Shown: positions 1 through 12,877 of the stretch, one piece after another | Position numbering within the stretch: the stretch's first letter is position 1 | How the letters are laid out: each line of letters starts with the position of its first letter | Origin: Octopus vulgaris | Taxonomy: Eukaryota | NCBI GenBank assembly: GCA_951406725.2 | Contig: OX597822.1 | Span: 104,532,001 to 104,596,000 of the forward strand | Length of the DNA: 64,000 nucleotides | Direction: 5' to 3' | The notes under the pieces: generated by a model | The model's input: only the letters and a program-made list of their open reading frames with translations | The model's database searches: none | Told to the model about the DNA's origin: nothing | Translations under genes and position numbers: made by a program

Positions 1-490
<490 letters not shown>

Positions 491-520
491 ATTATTATTA
501 TTATAATGATAATAATAATA

Positions 521-660
521 GCGAGACTGTATGGAATGCGAGAGGGTAATGTAAGAGTGATGTCACTGGTGACTTTGAAACGTCAAGACTTCTTAAGGCA
601 ACTGGAAACCCCATGTAAGATTGATATCTTGCAAAGAGCAGCCTTACTGGGTGCAACGTA

Positions 661-662
<2 letters not shown>
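521..662 (+). pseudogene. Decayed C-terminal RLE fragment of a Dong/R4-like LINE
   Basis: Translates ...DFLRQLETPCKIDILQRAALLGAT, similar to the IQK..LLGTAH motif at 37944 and 38535; lies between TAA/ACT repeats. Confidence 0.45.
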
Positions 663-716
<54 letters not shown>

Positions 717-1244
717 ATAATAATAATAATAATGATAATATTTTTTTCATATCTGATGCTATCTCTGAATTGTAATGGTGAAAAGTGCTCTTAGTAAGTA
801 ACACATATTAGATGTTCTCTCCACCAACCATTAGCAGCTTAGATAATAGATATTTTGCTTTCTTGACGTAGTTGGTAATGTTATCTTTAAATACAGGGCA
901 ATATTTCCGATTCAAGAACCCTCAAGATTTTACGTTTTTATTATTTGCATAATAGTCCTTTCTTTTCGTTTCTTTATTTCCATCAATCAAGCGTAAAATA
1001 CAATATTTGTCTGATTTGAATGAGGGGAAAATTTCTTGAAAAAGCAGAGGAAATAAAATCTCGTAGCTCGTTGAATTCTTTAGATGCCATTTTAAATTTA
1101 AGGAAACCATCAATAACAATATAATGGGAGTATAAATATGCATATAAGACTATAGAAGTCTTGAGTATCGCATCTCTGATTTTCAATTGAAAAATTGGAA
1201 CGATTTGCATGTCTTCGAAGTATGCTTTAATGAATTCATACATG

Positions 1245-1300
<56 letters not shown>

Positions 1301-1943
1301 CAAAAAATAATAATAATAATAATGATAATGATGATGATGATGATAATAATAATAATAATGATGATGATGATGATGATGATAATAATAATAATAATCTTGA
1401 GAGGACATTGCTCCTTTTGTCTTCTATCAGAAAATCAGTTTTGATTCATCATTAATAAACATAAGGAGAAGATGAATATCTTAGATATCCTGTGGTGTTT
1501 GAAAGGAGTCCTGAAAAATAAATATTAGATTACCTTATTCCGATTCGTGATCAATTTTATTCAGGTTTCTGCAGCGTTTAGAAGAGACCAGCTATGTATC
1601 GTTTCCTCTGAGTGGAAGCTTGTCTTTTACAAATAAACTGTCCCCCCCCCACATAAGCCTTCCAGCTTTACAATAACGAAACACAAGTAAGAAATTTGAA
1701 ATTCCAACTTGCGAGCCATTTTATTGCGCCTCGGAAAATTACGTAAATTAACGAATAAAATGATATAAATAGTTGGTAAATATGTTACGTAGCAAAATGT
1801 CGGGAAGGATAATGAATTGAACTGGATATCCGGAATAAAGTGTTGTGTGTCTTCAACAAAGAGACGACTTAGAAGTATGGAAGAAAAAGATCAACTGTCG
1901 TAATTACAAACATAAATACATATATGTATATGTATATGTATAT

Positions 1944-2335
1944 GCAGGAGTCGCTGTGTGGTAAGTAGCTTGCTAACCAACCACATGGTTCCGGGTTCAG
2001 TCCCACTGCGTGGCATCTTGGGCAAGTGTCTTCTGCTATAGCCCCGGGCCGACCAATGCCTTGTGAGTGGATTTGGTAGACGGAAACTGAAAGAAGCCTG
2101 TCGTATATATGTATATATATATACATGTGTGTGTTTGTGTTTGTGTTTGTCCCCCTAGCATTGCTTGACAATCGATGCTGGTGTGTTTACGTCCCCGTCA
2201 CTTAGCGGTTCGGCTAAGGAGGCCGATAGAATAAGTACTTACAAAGAATAAGTACCGGGGTCGATTTGCTCGACTAAAGGCGGTGCTCCAGCATGGCCGC
2301 AGTCAAATGACTGAAACAAGTAAAAGAGTAAAAGA

Positions 2336-2336
<1 letters not shown>
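1944..2336 (+). mobile_element. SINE family B (internal TA/TG microsatellite, GAGTAAAA tail)
   Basis: GCAGGAGTCGCTGTGTGGTAAG...GGTTCAGTCCC head; CTTGGGCAAGTGTCTT CORE-like motif; >8 homologous copies in window. Confidence 0.9.
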
Positions 2337-2391
<55 letters not shown>

Positions 2392-2394
<3 letters not shown>

Positions 2395-2880
2395 AACCAT
2401 TATGTGGACACCCTTATGCTAGAAATAGATCCGCTATGGTCTTACCACTGAGAAAGGTTCTCAAGAAAAATTTAGTAAAACAGCCAAAACGTAATCGAGC
2501 AAGACAAAAGAAAAAAGCAATAAAAATATGGATTATACGTATACGTTTCGCTATTAACATATTACGTAATTTTACTTACATAGATGTCCGTAGATCATTG
2601 GTACGACCGTCCAGATGAATATAATTTGCAGGACTGCGTACTAGGACGTCCGCATAAAGTCAGACCTGTAAACAGTTCTACCCATTACACTCGTGGGTAC
2701 TATTTCAAATGTCCTCGTTTTGGCGCGCTAACTTACCGGAAAACCACATAGATGTTTCCCTCTAATATGTATACAATACAATTTTACTGAACCTTCTGTC
2801 TTTTTATATGCTAGACTGCTGGTGTGAAATCGATGTTAATTAAATTAATGTCTAATTTCTCACCCTTATTTTCAATTTAT
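2392..2880. mobile_element. Rearranged Penelope-like terminal-repeat relic
   Basis: 2745-2880 is an inverted copy of ~3860-3995; 2392-2433 shares GTGGACACCCTTATGCTAGAAATAGA with 3989-4016; minus strand has hammerhead 3' half GAAACGTATACGTA; flanked by (TA)n. Confidence 0.5.
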
Positions 2881-2924
2881 ATATACATATAGATATAGCT
2901 GTATATATATATATATATACAAGA

Positions 2925-3140
2925 TCGCCATGTTGATTCGCTAGCTTCTGCACGCATTTTTTTTTCTCTCCTTGTTTCTCTCCGTGTTTCTTTTCTGTGT
3001 ATCTTTCTGTTGAAGAGCGTAGGCTCGAAACGTAAAAGACTTGTTTTATTTCTATTCCTGAGCGCCATACTAATACAATTGTTTGTTTGTATTCCACCTG
3101 CCTTCGTCTTTTGTTTATTTTCATAAAGCTTCCCGTTATA
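2925..3140 (+). mobile_element. ~220-bp hammerhead-carrying Penelope-like repeat, copy 1
   Basis: Homologous to 41267-41398 and 56722-56928; each borders (TA)n. Confidence 0.75.
3002..3039 (+). ncRNA. Minimal type I hammerhead motif, U6 variant
   Basis: TCTTT-CTGTTGA-A-GAGC(GTAG)GCTC-GAA-ACGT-A-AAAGA: 5-bp stem I, 4-bp stem II, palindromic stem III. Confidence 0.75.
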
Positions 3141-3691
3141 TATAGATATAGCTATATAGTGAGAGGGAGAGAGAGAGAGAGCCAATGTAATTAGAACAAT
3201 ATTTACAGGGATCAGGTGGGTGTATTTGAGAAATGAGAATTAATACTTTAATGGTAAGTGTAGAAGCTTCAGACACCGACTATTATATCACAATTTGGTG
3301 AAGAATATTAAATATAATCTTTGTTATTTAAATCATTTTGATTATGTTTATTTTCATGAAAACACGGGCAAGAGACACGCAAATAAACGATCAATTTGAA
3401 AAGAGTATGGCTGGTAAAATGACAGCAAATTTACATCGGTCTATGAGTAGTATATGTGATAAGCATAGACTTGTACGCATGACAAACATCAGCCGCTATA
3501 TCCAACTAATTCTGAATGAGCTTGAAAATGTATTTTCGGAAATACTAATGTGAATATTTTCTATGTCTAAATATGCTAACCGAAGAAACAATTGTCGGCT
3601 TTGTAAGGGGGAAAATCTACAATTTAAGATTTGATTTTCTCCATACGCATGTGGATGGGAAGAAAACTTCTTAACACGCAGCCAACCAGGC

Positions 3692-3825
<134 letters not shown>

Positions 3826-4046
3826 GTATATTTATTTATTTATATATTTATTTATATTTATATTTAAACTGAGGGTGAGAAATTAGATATTAATTCAATT
3901 AACATCGATTTCACAACAGTGGTCCAGCATATAAAAAACCTGAAGGTTCAGAAAAATTGTATTATATACATATTACAGGGAAACCACTATGTGGACACCC
4001 ATATGCTAGAAATAGAACTGCGGATCTATTTCTAGCATAAGGGTGT

Positions 4047-4086
<40 letters not shown>

Positions 4087-4088
<2 letters not shown>

Positions 4089-4407
4089 TGGCACTCCGTC
4101 GGTTACGACGACGGGGGTTTCAGTTGTTCCGATCAAAGGAACAGCCTACTCGTGAAATTAAAGTGCAAGCGGCTGAGCACTCCACAGACATGTGTATCTT
4201 TAACGTAGTTCTTGGGAAGATTCAGCGTGAGACAGAAACAGGAAGAAAGAGTGAGAGACAGTTGTAGTAGAGGAATACAGCAGGGTTCGTCAACACGCCC
4301 TGCTGGAGCCACGTGGAGCTTTAGGTGTTTTCGAACAATAAACACTCACAACGCCCGGGCTGGGAATTCGAAACCGCGATCCCACGATGGACCATAGCGC
4401 TTCCACT
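4087..4407 (-). mobile_element. SINE family A, diverged
   Basis: Reverse complement matches family A head and tail 1. Confidence 0.8.
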
Positions 4408-4486
4408 ATATATATATATTTATATAAAATGCCTCGACATCCTTGTTACTTATTTACATATATTTACATATATGTATATATATATA

Positions 4487-4710
4487 TATTTCTTTATGGC
4501 CAACAAGGGGCTAAACATAGAGGGGACAAACAAGGACAGACAACTGGATTAAGTCGATTACATCGACCCCCCCAGTGCGAAACTGGTACTTTATTTATCG
4601 ACCTCGAAAGGATGAAAGGTAAAGTCGACCTCGGCGGAATTTGAACTCAGAACGTAACGACAGACGAAATAACGCTAAGCATTTCGCCCGGCGCGCTAAC
4701 GAGTCTGCCA
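4487..4710 (-). mobile_element. SINE family C
   Basis: Reverse complement of CTGGCAGA...GAGTTCAAATTCCGCCGAGGTCGACTTT...TAAAGAAATA. Confidence 0.85.
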
Positions 4711-4743
4711 GTACATGTATACATACATACATACATACATGTA

Positions 4744-4832
<89 letters not shown>

Positions 4833-5151
4833 TATTCACACTAAGGGAGAGAGAGAGAAAGAAAGACGGTGATAGAGGGAGAGGGAGAGAGAGAGCGAGC
4901 GAGAACGAGAGAGAGAAGTTTATCAAGATATATATTTTCAGCTGGATAGGATATTGAAATGTTAAATGAAGACAAACAGCACAAAACCTGAGAAAAATCG
5001 AAGAAGAATTTGTGATCAATTTTATAGACCAGATTATTAACTTCCTGTTCTTACGACGTGTGTTAACAGATTTTCTTTTTATCGAGTGGAGATTTTCAAG
5101 TGGTACGGAATTGGCAAAAGAGATGTGCTAGATTGGATTATATATATACAG

Positions 5152-5940
5152 ACGGCGAGCTGGCAGAAACGTTAGCGCGCCGGGCGTAATGCTTAGCGGT
5201 ATTTCGTCTGTCGTTATTTTCTGAGTTCAAATTCCGCCGAGGTCGACTTTGCCTTTCATCCTTTCGGGGTCGATAAATTAAGTACCAGTTACGCACTGGG
5301 GTCGATGTAATCGACTTAATACCTATGTCTGTCCTTTGTTTACCCCCTCTGTGTTTAGCCCCTTGTGGGTAATAAAGAAATAGGTATTTCGTCTGTCGTT
5401 ATTTTCTCAGTTCAAATTTCGCCGAGGTCGACTTTGCCTTTCATCCTTTCGGGGTCGATAAATTAAGTACCAGTTACGCACTGGGGTCGATGTAATCGAC
5501 TTAATACCTATGTCTGTCTTTGTTTGTCCCCTCTGCGTTTAGCCCCTTGTGGGTAATAAAGAAATAGGTATTTCGTCTGTCGTTATTTTCTGAGTTCAAA
5601 TTCCGCCGAGGTCGACTTTGCCTTTCATCCTTTCGGGGTCGATAAATTAAAGTACCAGTTACGCACTGGGGTCGATTGTTAAGGTTACTGGTAAAATATT
5701 TAAACCTGTCGGAACCAATCACTCTGTGTTTAGCCCCTTGTGGGTAATAAAGAAATAGGTATTTCGTCTGTCGTTATTTTCTGAGTTCAAATTCCGCCGA
5801 GGTCGACTTTGCCTTTCATCCTTTCGGGGTAGATAAATAAAGTACCAGTTCCGCACTGGAGTCGATGTAATCGACTTAATCCGTTGTCTCTCCTTGTTTG
5901 TCCCCTCTGTGTTTAGCCCTTTGTGGGCAGTAAAGAAATA
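5152..5940 (+). mobile_element. SINE family C tandem tetramer
   Basis: One full head, then units starting GGTATTTCGTCTG at 5198, 5383, 5567, 5758 (period 184-191 bp); central GCCTTTCATCCTTTCGGGGTCGATAAA recalls Nin/Deu-type SINE domains. Confidence 0.92.
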
Positions 5941-6292
5941 TATATATATACAGACACTCACGCACACACACACACACACACATACACACGCACGCTAACC
6001 CCCCCCCACATATATATGCATTGCATTGAGCTCCCGTGTCTTTCATGGATTGTTAAGGTTACTGGTAAAATATTTAAACCTGTCGAACCAATCGCTCTCT
6101 AGCAGCTTATCACTGCCGCTTTTCTCAAAGAGTGTGTGTGTGTGTGTGTTTGTATGTGTGTGTATGCGCGTATGTGAGTGCGTGTGTAACTAAATATATA
6201 TGAATATATGAGAACCCAGTGCAATGCGTATGTATGTGAGGGATGGTGTGGGTGCGTGCGTGTGCCCGGACTTGTGTGTATGTGTATGTGTA

Positions 6293-6843
<551 letters not shown>

Positions 6844-6848
6844 TAGCA

Positions 6849-7187
6849 AGTGAAGGCGCATGGCTCAGTGGTTAGAGCGTCGAGCTTACGATCGTGAGGT
6901 TGTGAGCTCGAATCCCGGACCGGGCTGGGTGTTGTGTTCTTGAGCAAGGCACTTTATTTCACGTTGCTCCAGTTCACTCGGCTGTAGAAATGAGTTGCGA
7001 CGTCACTGGTGCCAAGCTGTATCGACCTTTGTCTTTCCCTTGGATAACACTGGTGGCGTGGAGAGGGGAGGCTGGTATGCATGGGCGACTGCTGGTCTTC
7101 CATAAACAACCGTGCCCGGACTTGTGTCTAGGAGGGTAACTTTCTAGGTGCAATCCCATGGTCATTCATGACCGAAGGGGGTCAACA
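6849..7187 (+). mobile_element. SINE family D with 11-bp TSD
   Basis: A box TGGCTCAGTGG, B-box-like GAGCTCGAATCCC, TGTTCTTGAGCAAGGCACTT; TSD ATATACTAGCA at 6838-6848 and 7188-7198. Confidence 0.88.
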
Positions 7188-7192
7188 ATATA

Positions 7193-7589
7193 CTAGCAGT
7201 ATCGCCCGGCGTCGTTCGGGTTTGTAAGGGAAATAACTATATAAGCATTTTTACAGATGTAAAGTATAATAGCCATCTTAATATGGTTAACCACAAAGGG
7301 TGGGGTGTTACTGTAGCTTTTTACGTTCTGAGATTTAATAATAAATTTTTAGAGAGTTACTTCCCTTATATATGCCAAACATGCATTAAAAATGGGAAAA
7401 ATTGATAGTAAATTTTTTTTTTAATCGTAGACTCATCGTAGACGCGCGCTAATACCCAGAAGGGCTAGATATGAGTCACGACTATAAGATACCCGGTTTT
7501 GGTTAAACTGCACCGCAAAATGTGGGAGTAGTTAGGAATCTAAATCGTAGGAGACAGACAGCACACAACCTCACTTTTATATATAAAGA
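7193..7589 (-). mobile_element. Non-autonomous Helitron, second subtype
   Basis: Minus strand starts TCTTTATATATAAAA and ends CCCGAACGACGCCGGGCGATACTGCTAG; 3' ~60 bp shared with the 6334 and 50071 elements. Confidence 0.78.
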
Positions 7590-7615
7590 TATATATATAT
7601 AAATATATGTATATA

Positions 7616-8217
7616 CGAGCAAAACGACCCCCCGTCAAATGGACGGTGCTGAGTTGTCAATTATTTAAACCAAATTTTCTCAAACCAACTTGGCCGGGCG
7701 TCCCATAGGCCTCCCCTTTAAAAAACACTGATTAAACCTAAATTTGAGACACCAGCAAAAGAAGAAATAAAGATAGACTTTTTTCTATTTCAAAGAAAAA
7801 CGATTTTATCGAAAAAAAAAAAACTTCTTGAGAAACTAAATAGTCTTTCCTTCCCTCATGCCAAGTTTGAAGAAAATATCTCTTTTGTATCTTATTTTCT
7901 GGTCTCTTAAATATACTGCATTTTGTGGCATTATTTCAACCCAGCCGGCATTTTTGTGCAAACTGCACGTGCACTTTTCTCGCGTACGCGTAGTATCGAT
8001 CACAACAGCTGCTGTACTTGCGCGTACAAATGTACGTTCTCACGGCTTTATTGATGGCATTCTCACCTGGAATCGATTTTTGTAATTTTTTAAAGACTTA
8101 TACACGCCCTGATACCGTGGGTATCTACATATTAAATTTGAGCGCAATCGGATGGAGGATGCCCGAAATCCTAGAAAACACACAGACAGACAGACAGAAC
8201 GGATTTTATATAATAGA
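7616..8217 (-). mobile_element. Non-autonomous Helitron-like element, third subtype
   Basis: Minus strand starts TCTATTATATAAAA then (TCTG)n; 3' hairpin CCGTC/GACGG; ends CTCG rather than CTAG. Confidence 0.6.
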
Positions 8218-8493
8218 TAATCCACACCACAATGAATGAGCCACACAGAATCCACAGCTCCATTCTTAGAAATGACTAAACATGAACTACTATTGGAACT
8301 TACCATGTACACGAACCTTTTTTTTACTACTTCTGCACACCACTTTACTCGATTAATGGACCTGCGACTACAATTTTATATATTTTACTTCTATTTTCAG
8401 TTTCTTATTTCCCTCTATATTCCCTATCTCCTATTCCACAATACTTCCTTATTTAGAACTCAAACATATACCTCTATTTAACCATGACACATC

Positions 8494-8541
8494 GTCTCTC
8501 ATGAAGGGATATTCATGATATCCCAGAAACAGCTATAAGTC
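8494..8541 (+). ncRNA. Decayed type I hammerhead motif
   Basis: GTCT-CTCATGA-A-GGGATAT(TCATG)ATATCCC-A-GAA-ACAGCTAT-A-AGTC; single mismatches in core, stem III palindrome and stem I. Confidence 0.55.
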
Positions 8542-8674
8542 TATATCACTTTCCTTATAAATGAAAACTCCTCACAGCTCTGGCTTTGTTACCTCTTTTT
8601 GCCTGTGACCGCGTGTGTACCGTTGGCGATTTTTTTCCCTCCGTTTTCCCTTCCTTGGATCTTTTTTTTCCTAT

Positions 8675-8709
8675 GTTTCTGACGAAGAGCTCCGCTCGAA
8701 AAGTTAAAT
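8675..8709 (+). ncRNA. Minimal type I hammerhead motif in Penelope-like repeat (~8590-8812)
   Basis: TTT-CTGACGA-A-GAGC(TCC)GCTC-GAA-AAGT-T-AAA; canonical core; stem III one base from ACGT palindrome; downstream TCCTGAGCG shared with the 2925 family. Confidence 0.65.
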
Positions 8710-8807
8710 CCTCCTTCTTTCCTTCCTTTCCTGAGCGTCCAATAACACTATACTTGTTCCACGTCCTCGCGTTGTTGTGTTTTCTCTTTGTGTTTTCATG
8801 TTTGGAT

Positions 8808-8848
<41 letters not shown>

Positions 8849-9101
8849 GCTGAAACAAGACCCACACTAAATTCCTCACTCGTATTACTATCGAACCAAG
8901 AGTTTAACGACGGGCTGTCCATAGCACTTACTTAGCGTTTCCTGCCACAAATGGGTCTTCTATATACCAATACATTATATATATATATATGAAATGTATA
9001 GGCGTACATACATATGTATATGTACATACTTAGATCTACACGTTTATATATGCATATATATATATATATAGCATATGTAGGCAATGGACGTCATGAAACG
9101 A

Positions 9102-9310
9102 ACGTGTACAACAAAAAAGTACGAAGCACGAGTACATGGAACATGAACTATTCTTTCGAACAACGAAAGATACAAATGGAAAACAAAACAAACGACATAA
9201 AAAACGACCCTTCATCAGTTGTTGGCGGTTTTTCTAGGCTGCCTTTCGTTGTTCAAAAGAATAGTTCATGTTCCATGCACTGGTGCTTCGTACATTTTTG
9301 TTGGTACACG

Positions 9311-9311
<1 letters not shown>
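9102..9311. repeat. Foldback: ~68-bp inverted repeat enclosing a half hammerhead
   Basis: 9102-9169 vs 9243-9311 inverted; spacer has CTGATGAAGGG on minus strand (core 9212-9218); related fragment at ~61873-61970. Confidence 0.75.
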
Positions 9312-9380
<69 letters not shown>

Positions 9381-9565
9381 TAAGCAATAAAGGGTTCAGC
9401 AACGAATTGCCTTACCACATACCGAATTTAGAAATAGCAGTCAAAGAGTTATAGCTATTTCTTCTACTAAAAAGGGAGATCTCAGTAAAAACAGCAATTG
9501 GAAGGCAGACACAAACAGGTAAGAGAGAATGAATTGACGGCAATCTATCATACAATTTTAAGTTA

Positions 9566-9666
9566 TCTACGGACGTACGTTTCGAAATCAAGTTTTTAGG
9601 AAAGCATAAGAATTAAATATTAAATAATTATATCTTACCAAGAACTTCTTTTCTCTTCAGCGTAGA
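9566..9666 (-). ncRNA. Type I hammerhead with extended stem II, copy 1
   Basis: TCTACG-CTGAAGA-GAAA[62 nt]TTTC-GAA-ACGTACGT-C-CGTAGA; canonical core, GUC site, 6-bp stem I. Confidence 0.85.
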
Positions 9667-10159
9667 ATACTATAATCATAAATGATTATATATTGAATTT
9701 TGAGATACTAGAAGGCATCAACTCAACTCAGTATCAGAGCGAGCTAGAATCCGCAACTAGTATCACCAAATTCAATGTGTGAATGAAAAGATTGTGTCAC
9801 CAGCCCCTTCCCACCCGCGTGTAGCCAAAACAAGATGCTGTGGTCATCTACTGAGATAAAATATGGTTATCCGTAATAATGAAGGGTGAAATTAATTAAT
9901 TTGGAATAATTATCAATTACACCAAGTAGTCTTCGGCATGTAAAAGCCTCATTCGAGGAAAATTTAAGTAATACTAAGCAATAAAGGGTTCAGCAACGAA
10001 TTGCCTTACCACATACCGAATTTAGAAATAGCAGTCAAAGAGTTATAGCTATTTCTTCTACTAAAAAGGGAGATCTCAGTAAAAACAGCAATTGGAAGGC
10101 AGACACAAACAGGTAAGAGAGAATGAATTGACGGCAATCTATCATACAATTTTAAGTTA

Positions 10160-10260
10160 TCTACGGACGTACGTTTCGAAATCAAGTTTTTAGGAAAGCA
10201 TAAGAATTAAATATTAAATAATTCTATCTTACCAAGAACTTCTTTTCTCTTCAGCGTAGA
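10160..10260 (-). ncRNA. Type I hammerhead with extended stem II, copy 2
   Basis: Same motif 594 bp away in the second direct repeat. Confidence 0.85.
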
Positions 10261-10972
10261 ATACTATAATGGTAAGATAGAATTATTTAATATTTAATTC
10301 TTATGCTTTCCTAAAAACTTGATTTCGAAACGTACGTCCGTAGATAACTTAAAATTGTATGATAGATTGCCGTCAATTCATTCTCTCTTACCTGTTTGTG
10401 TCTGCCTTCCAATTGCTGTTTTTACTGCGATCTCCCTTTTTAGTAGAAGAAATAGCTATAACTCTTTGACTGCTATTTCTAAATTCGGTATGTGGTAAGG
10501 CAATTCGTTGCTGAACCCTTTATTGCTTAGTATTACTTAAATTTTCCTCGAATGAGGCTTTTACATGCCGAAGACTACTTGGTGTAATTGATAATTATTC
10601 CAAATTAATTAATTTCACCCTTCATTATTACGGATATATATATATATATATATTTTCGATTCGATTTATTATTATTATTACTAGTATTGTTGTTATACAT
10701 ACAAGCATATGTAATGATAATAATAAGTGAATGTAAACGCGTGAACAAACTAAGAATAAACAAAAACAACAACAACAAAAACAAAATACAAATTACATGA
10801 ACGTATATAAACAGAAGATACAAATATTACAGGCATCCCCCCACATACACACACTAAATAAACATAGACGCGCATAGAGATATAAGCATGCGCAAATGAA
10901 GACATACAATAGAAATACAAAATGGCTGACGGCTAGTAAGGAGAGACACAAATAAGAAAGAAGAAAACAAAG

Positions 10973-11016
10973 GACCACTGATGCGGTCACAGGAGTGTGA
11001 CGAAAGAACTCTGGCC
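10973..11016 (+). ncRNA. Minimal type I hammerhead motif, C9 variant or decayed
   Basis: GACCA-CTGATGC-G-GTCACA(GGAG)TGTGAC-GAA-AGAACT-C-TGGCC. Confidence 0.6.
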
Positions 11017-11153
11017 GAAATAAGATTAAGATTAATGTAAAAAATAAATAACACTGAAGCTAAATAACACCAAATATATAGTGCGTGTGTTTTTATTGGC
11101 TAAACTGGCAGTATGACCATTCCGAAATATAACATTATTTATATATATTATAT

Positions 11154-11572
11154 ACTCTTTTTTTTTTCTCTTTTTACTCTTTTTACTTGTTTCAGTCATT
11201 TGACTGCGGCCGTGCTGGAGCACCGCCTCTAGTCGAGCAAATCGACCCCGGTACTTATTCTTTGTAAGCCCAGTACTTATTCTATCGGTCTCTTTTGCCG
11301 AACCGCTAAGTGACTGGGACGTAAACACACCAGCATCGGTTGTCAAGCAATGCTAGGGGAACAAACACAGACACACAAACATATTCACACACATATATAT
11401 ATACATATATACGACAGGCTTCTTTCAGTTTCCGTCTACCAAATCCACTCGCAAGGCATTGGTCGGCCCGGGGCTATAGCAGAAGACACTTGCCCAAGAT
11501 GCCACGTAGTGGGACTGAACCCGGAACCATGTGGTTGGTTAGCAAGCTACTTACCAAAGAGCCACTCCTGCG

Positions 11573-11574
<2 letters not shown>
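11154..11574 (-). mobile_element. SINE family B, full length
   Basis: Reverse complement of 1944-2336. Confidence 0.92.
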
Positions 11575-11637
<63 letters not shown>

Positions 11638-12045
11638 TTGCATATGTATATGTGTGTAAATATATATGTATGTATGTATGTATAGTGTCCATTGAGTGAC
11701 TGAAAAGCGTAGAGATGCATAAATGTTAAAGGCATAGCGAGATCAAAAAGTAATTGGACTATGACAGAAAGCCTTTTATGGCGGACATGAAACAGAAGAA
11801 CAGAACTGAAACCGCGTCGTTTGCAACGTTATTAATGCAAGTAAAAGCAAAAGAAATCAGTAATGAAAACAAGTAGAATCAATCACTAATAAAAAGCGCA
11901 AAGATAACTTTTAACTAAGCGCACAAAGAAATAGGAGTTAAAGTTTTCTACTAAGTGAAGCGAAAATGGAGGCTGATATCGCCGCTAATAACAACGAATC
12001 CTGACTGTACAGACATAACGACGTAATAATAAAGAATAAATATGA

Positions 12046-12435
12046 GCATGGAGTGGCTGTGTGGTAAGTAGCTTGCTAACCAACCACATGGTTCCGGGTT
12101 CAGTTCCACTGCGTGGCATCTTGGGCAAGTGTCTTCTGCTATAGCCCCGGGCCGACCAATGCCTTGTGAGTGGATTTGGTAGACGGAAACTGAAAGAAGC
12201 CTGTCGTATATATGTATATATATGTATATGTATGTATGTGTATGTGTTTGTCCCCCTAGCATTGCTTGACAACCGATGCTGGTGTGTTTACGTCCCCGTC
12301 ACTTAGCGGTTCGGCAAAAGAGACCGATAGAATAAGTACTGGGCTTACAAAGAATATGTCCCGGGGTCGATTTGCTCGACTAAAGGCGGTGCTCCAGCAT
12401 GGCCGCAGTCAAATGACTGAAACATGTAAAAGAGT
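12046..12435 (+). mobile_element. SINE family B, full length
   Basis: Direct homology to other B copies. Confidence 0.92.
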
Positions 12436-12877
12436 ATGATGTCGACGAGAATAATGATGATAATGATGATATGGAAAATTTCACTTAGTGTTTAAATAAA
12501 TAAATATCAGAAAATGAAGAACTACGTATCTTTTACCCAAGGAATCATTGAGAGTCCAACTAGTCATTGGTGACGATTCTGTAATACTGGGAGTGAACCT
12601 GCAGTTATTTACATTCAAGTAACTTAGACGACGTAACTATGTTGTATGTATTTCAATAAACAATTGCTTACCTAAGAGCTTAGAAAAAACTGCATGAAAT
12701 AATACACACACAAACACACACACATACACAAACACACACACAGAGGCATATATATGTTACTGACACAAGTGTGTTTTTATATGCTTCATATAAAACTGTA
12801 ATGTTGGAAGAACTTATCTCTTCTAATCGCTTGTAGCGTGGTAGCGTACAGGTTACGTCTCACGCTAAAAATTAATT

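Larger units (their letters stand above)
9377..10636 (-). mobile_element. Non-autonomous Penelope-like element with direct and inverted terminal repeats
   Basis: Direct repeats ~9377-9675 and 9971-10270; 367-bp inverted repeat 9868-10234 vs 10270-10636; hammerheads in the repeats; (TA)n on both sides. Confidence 0.82.

Noticed and set aside
983-1240. Non-repetitive part of the minus-strand ORF as a coding exon or RT fragment
   Set aside because: No motif I can recognise and no convincing splice context
5198-5940. CRISPR-like array
   Set aside because: Contiguous ~185-bp SINE units with no unique spacers; eukaryotic context, no cas genes
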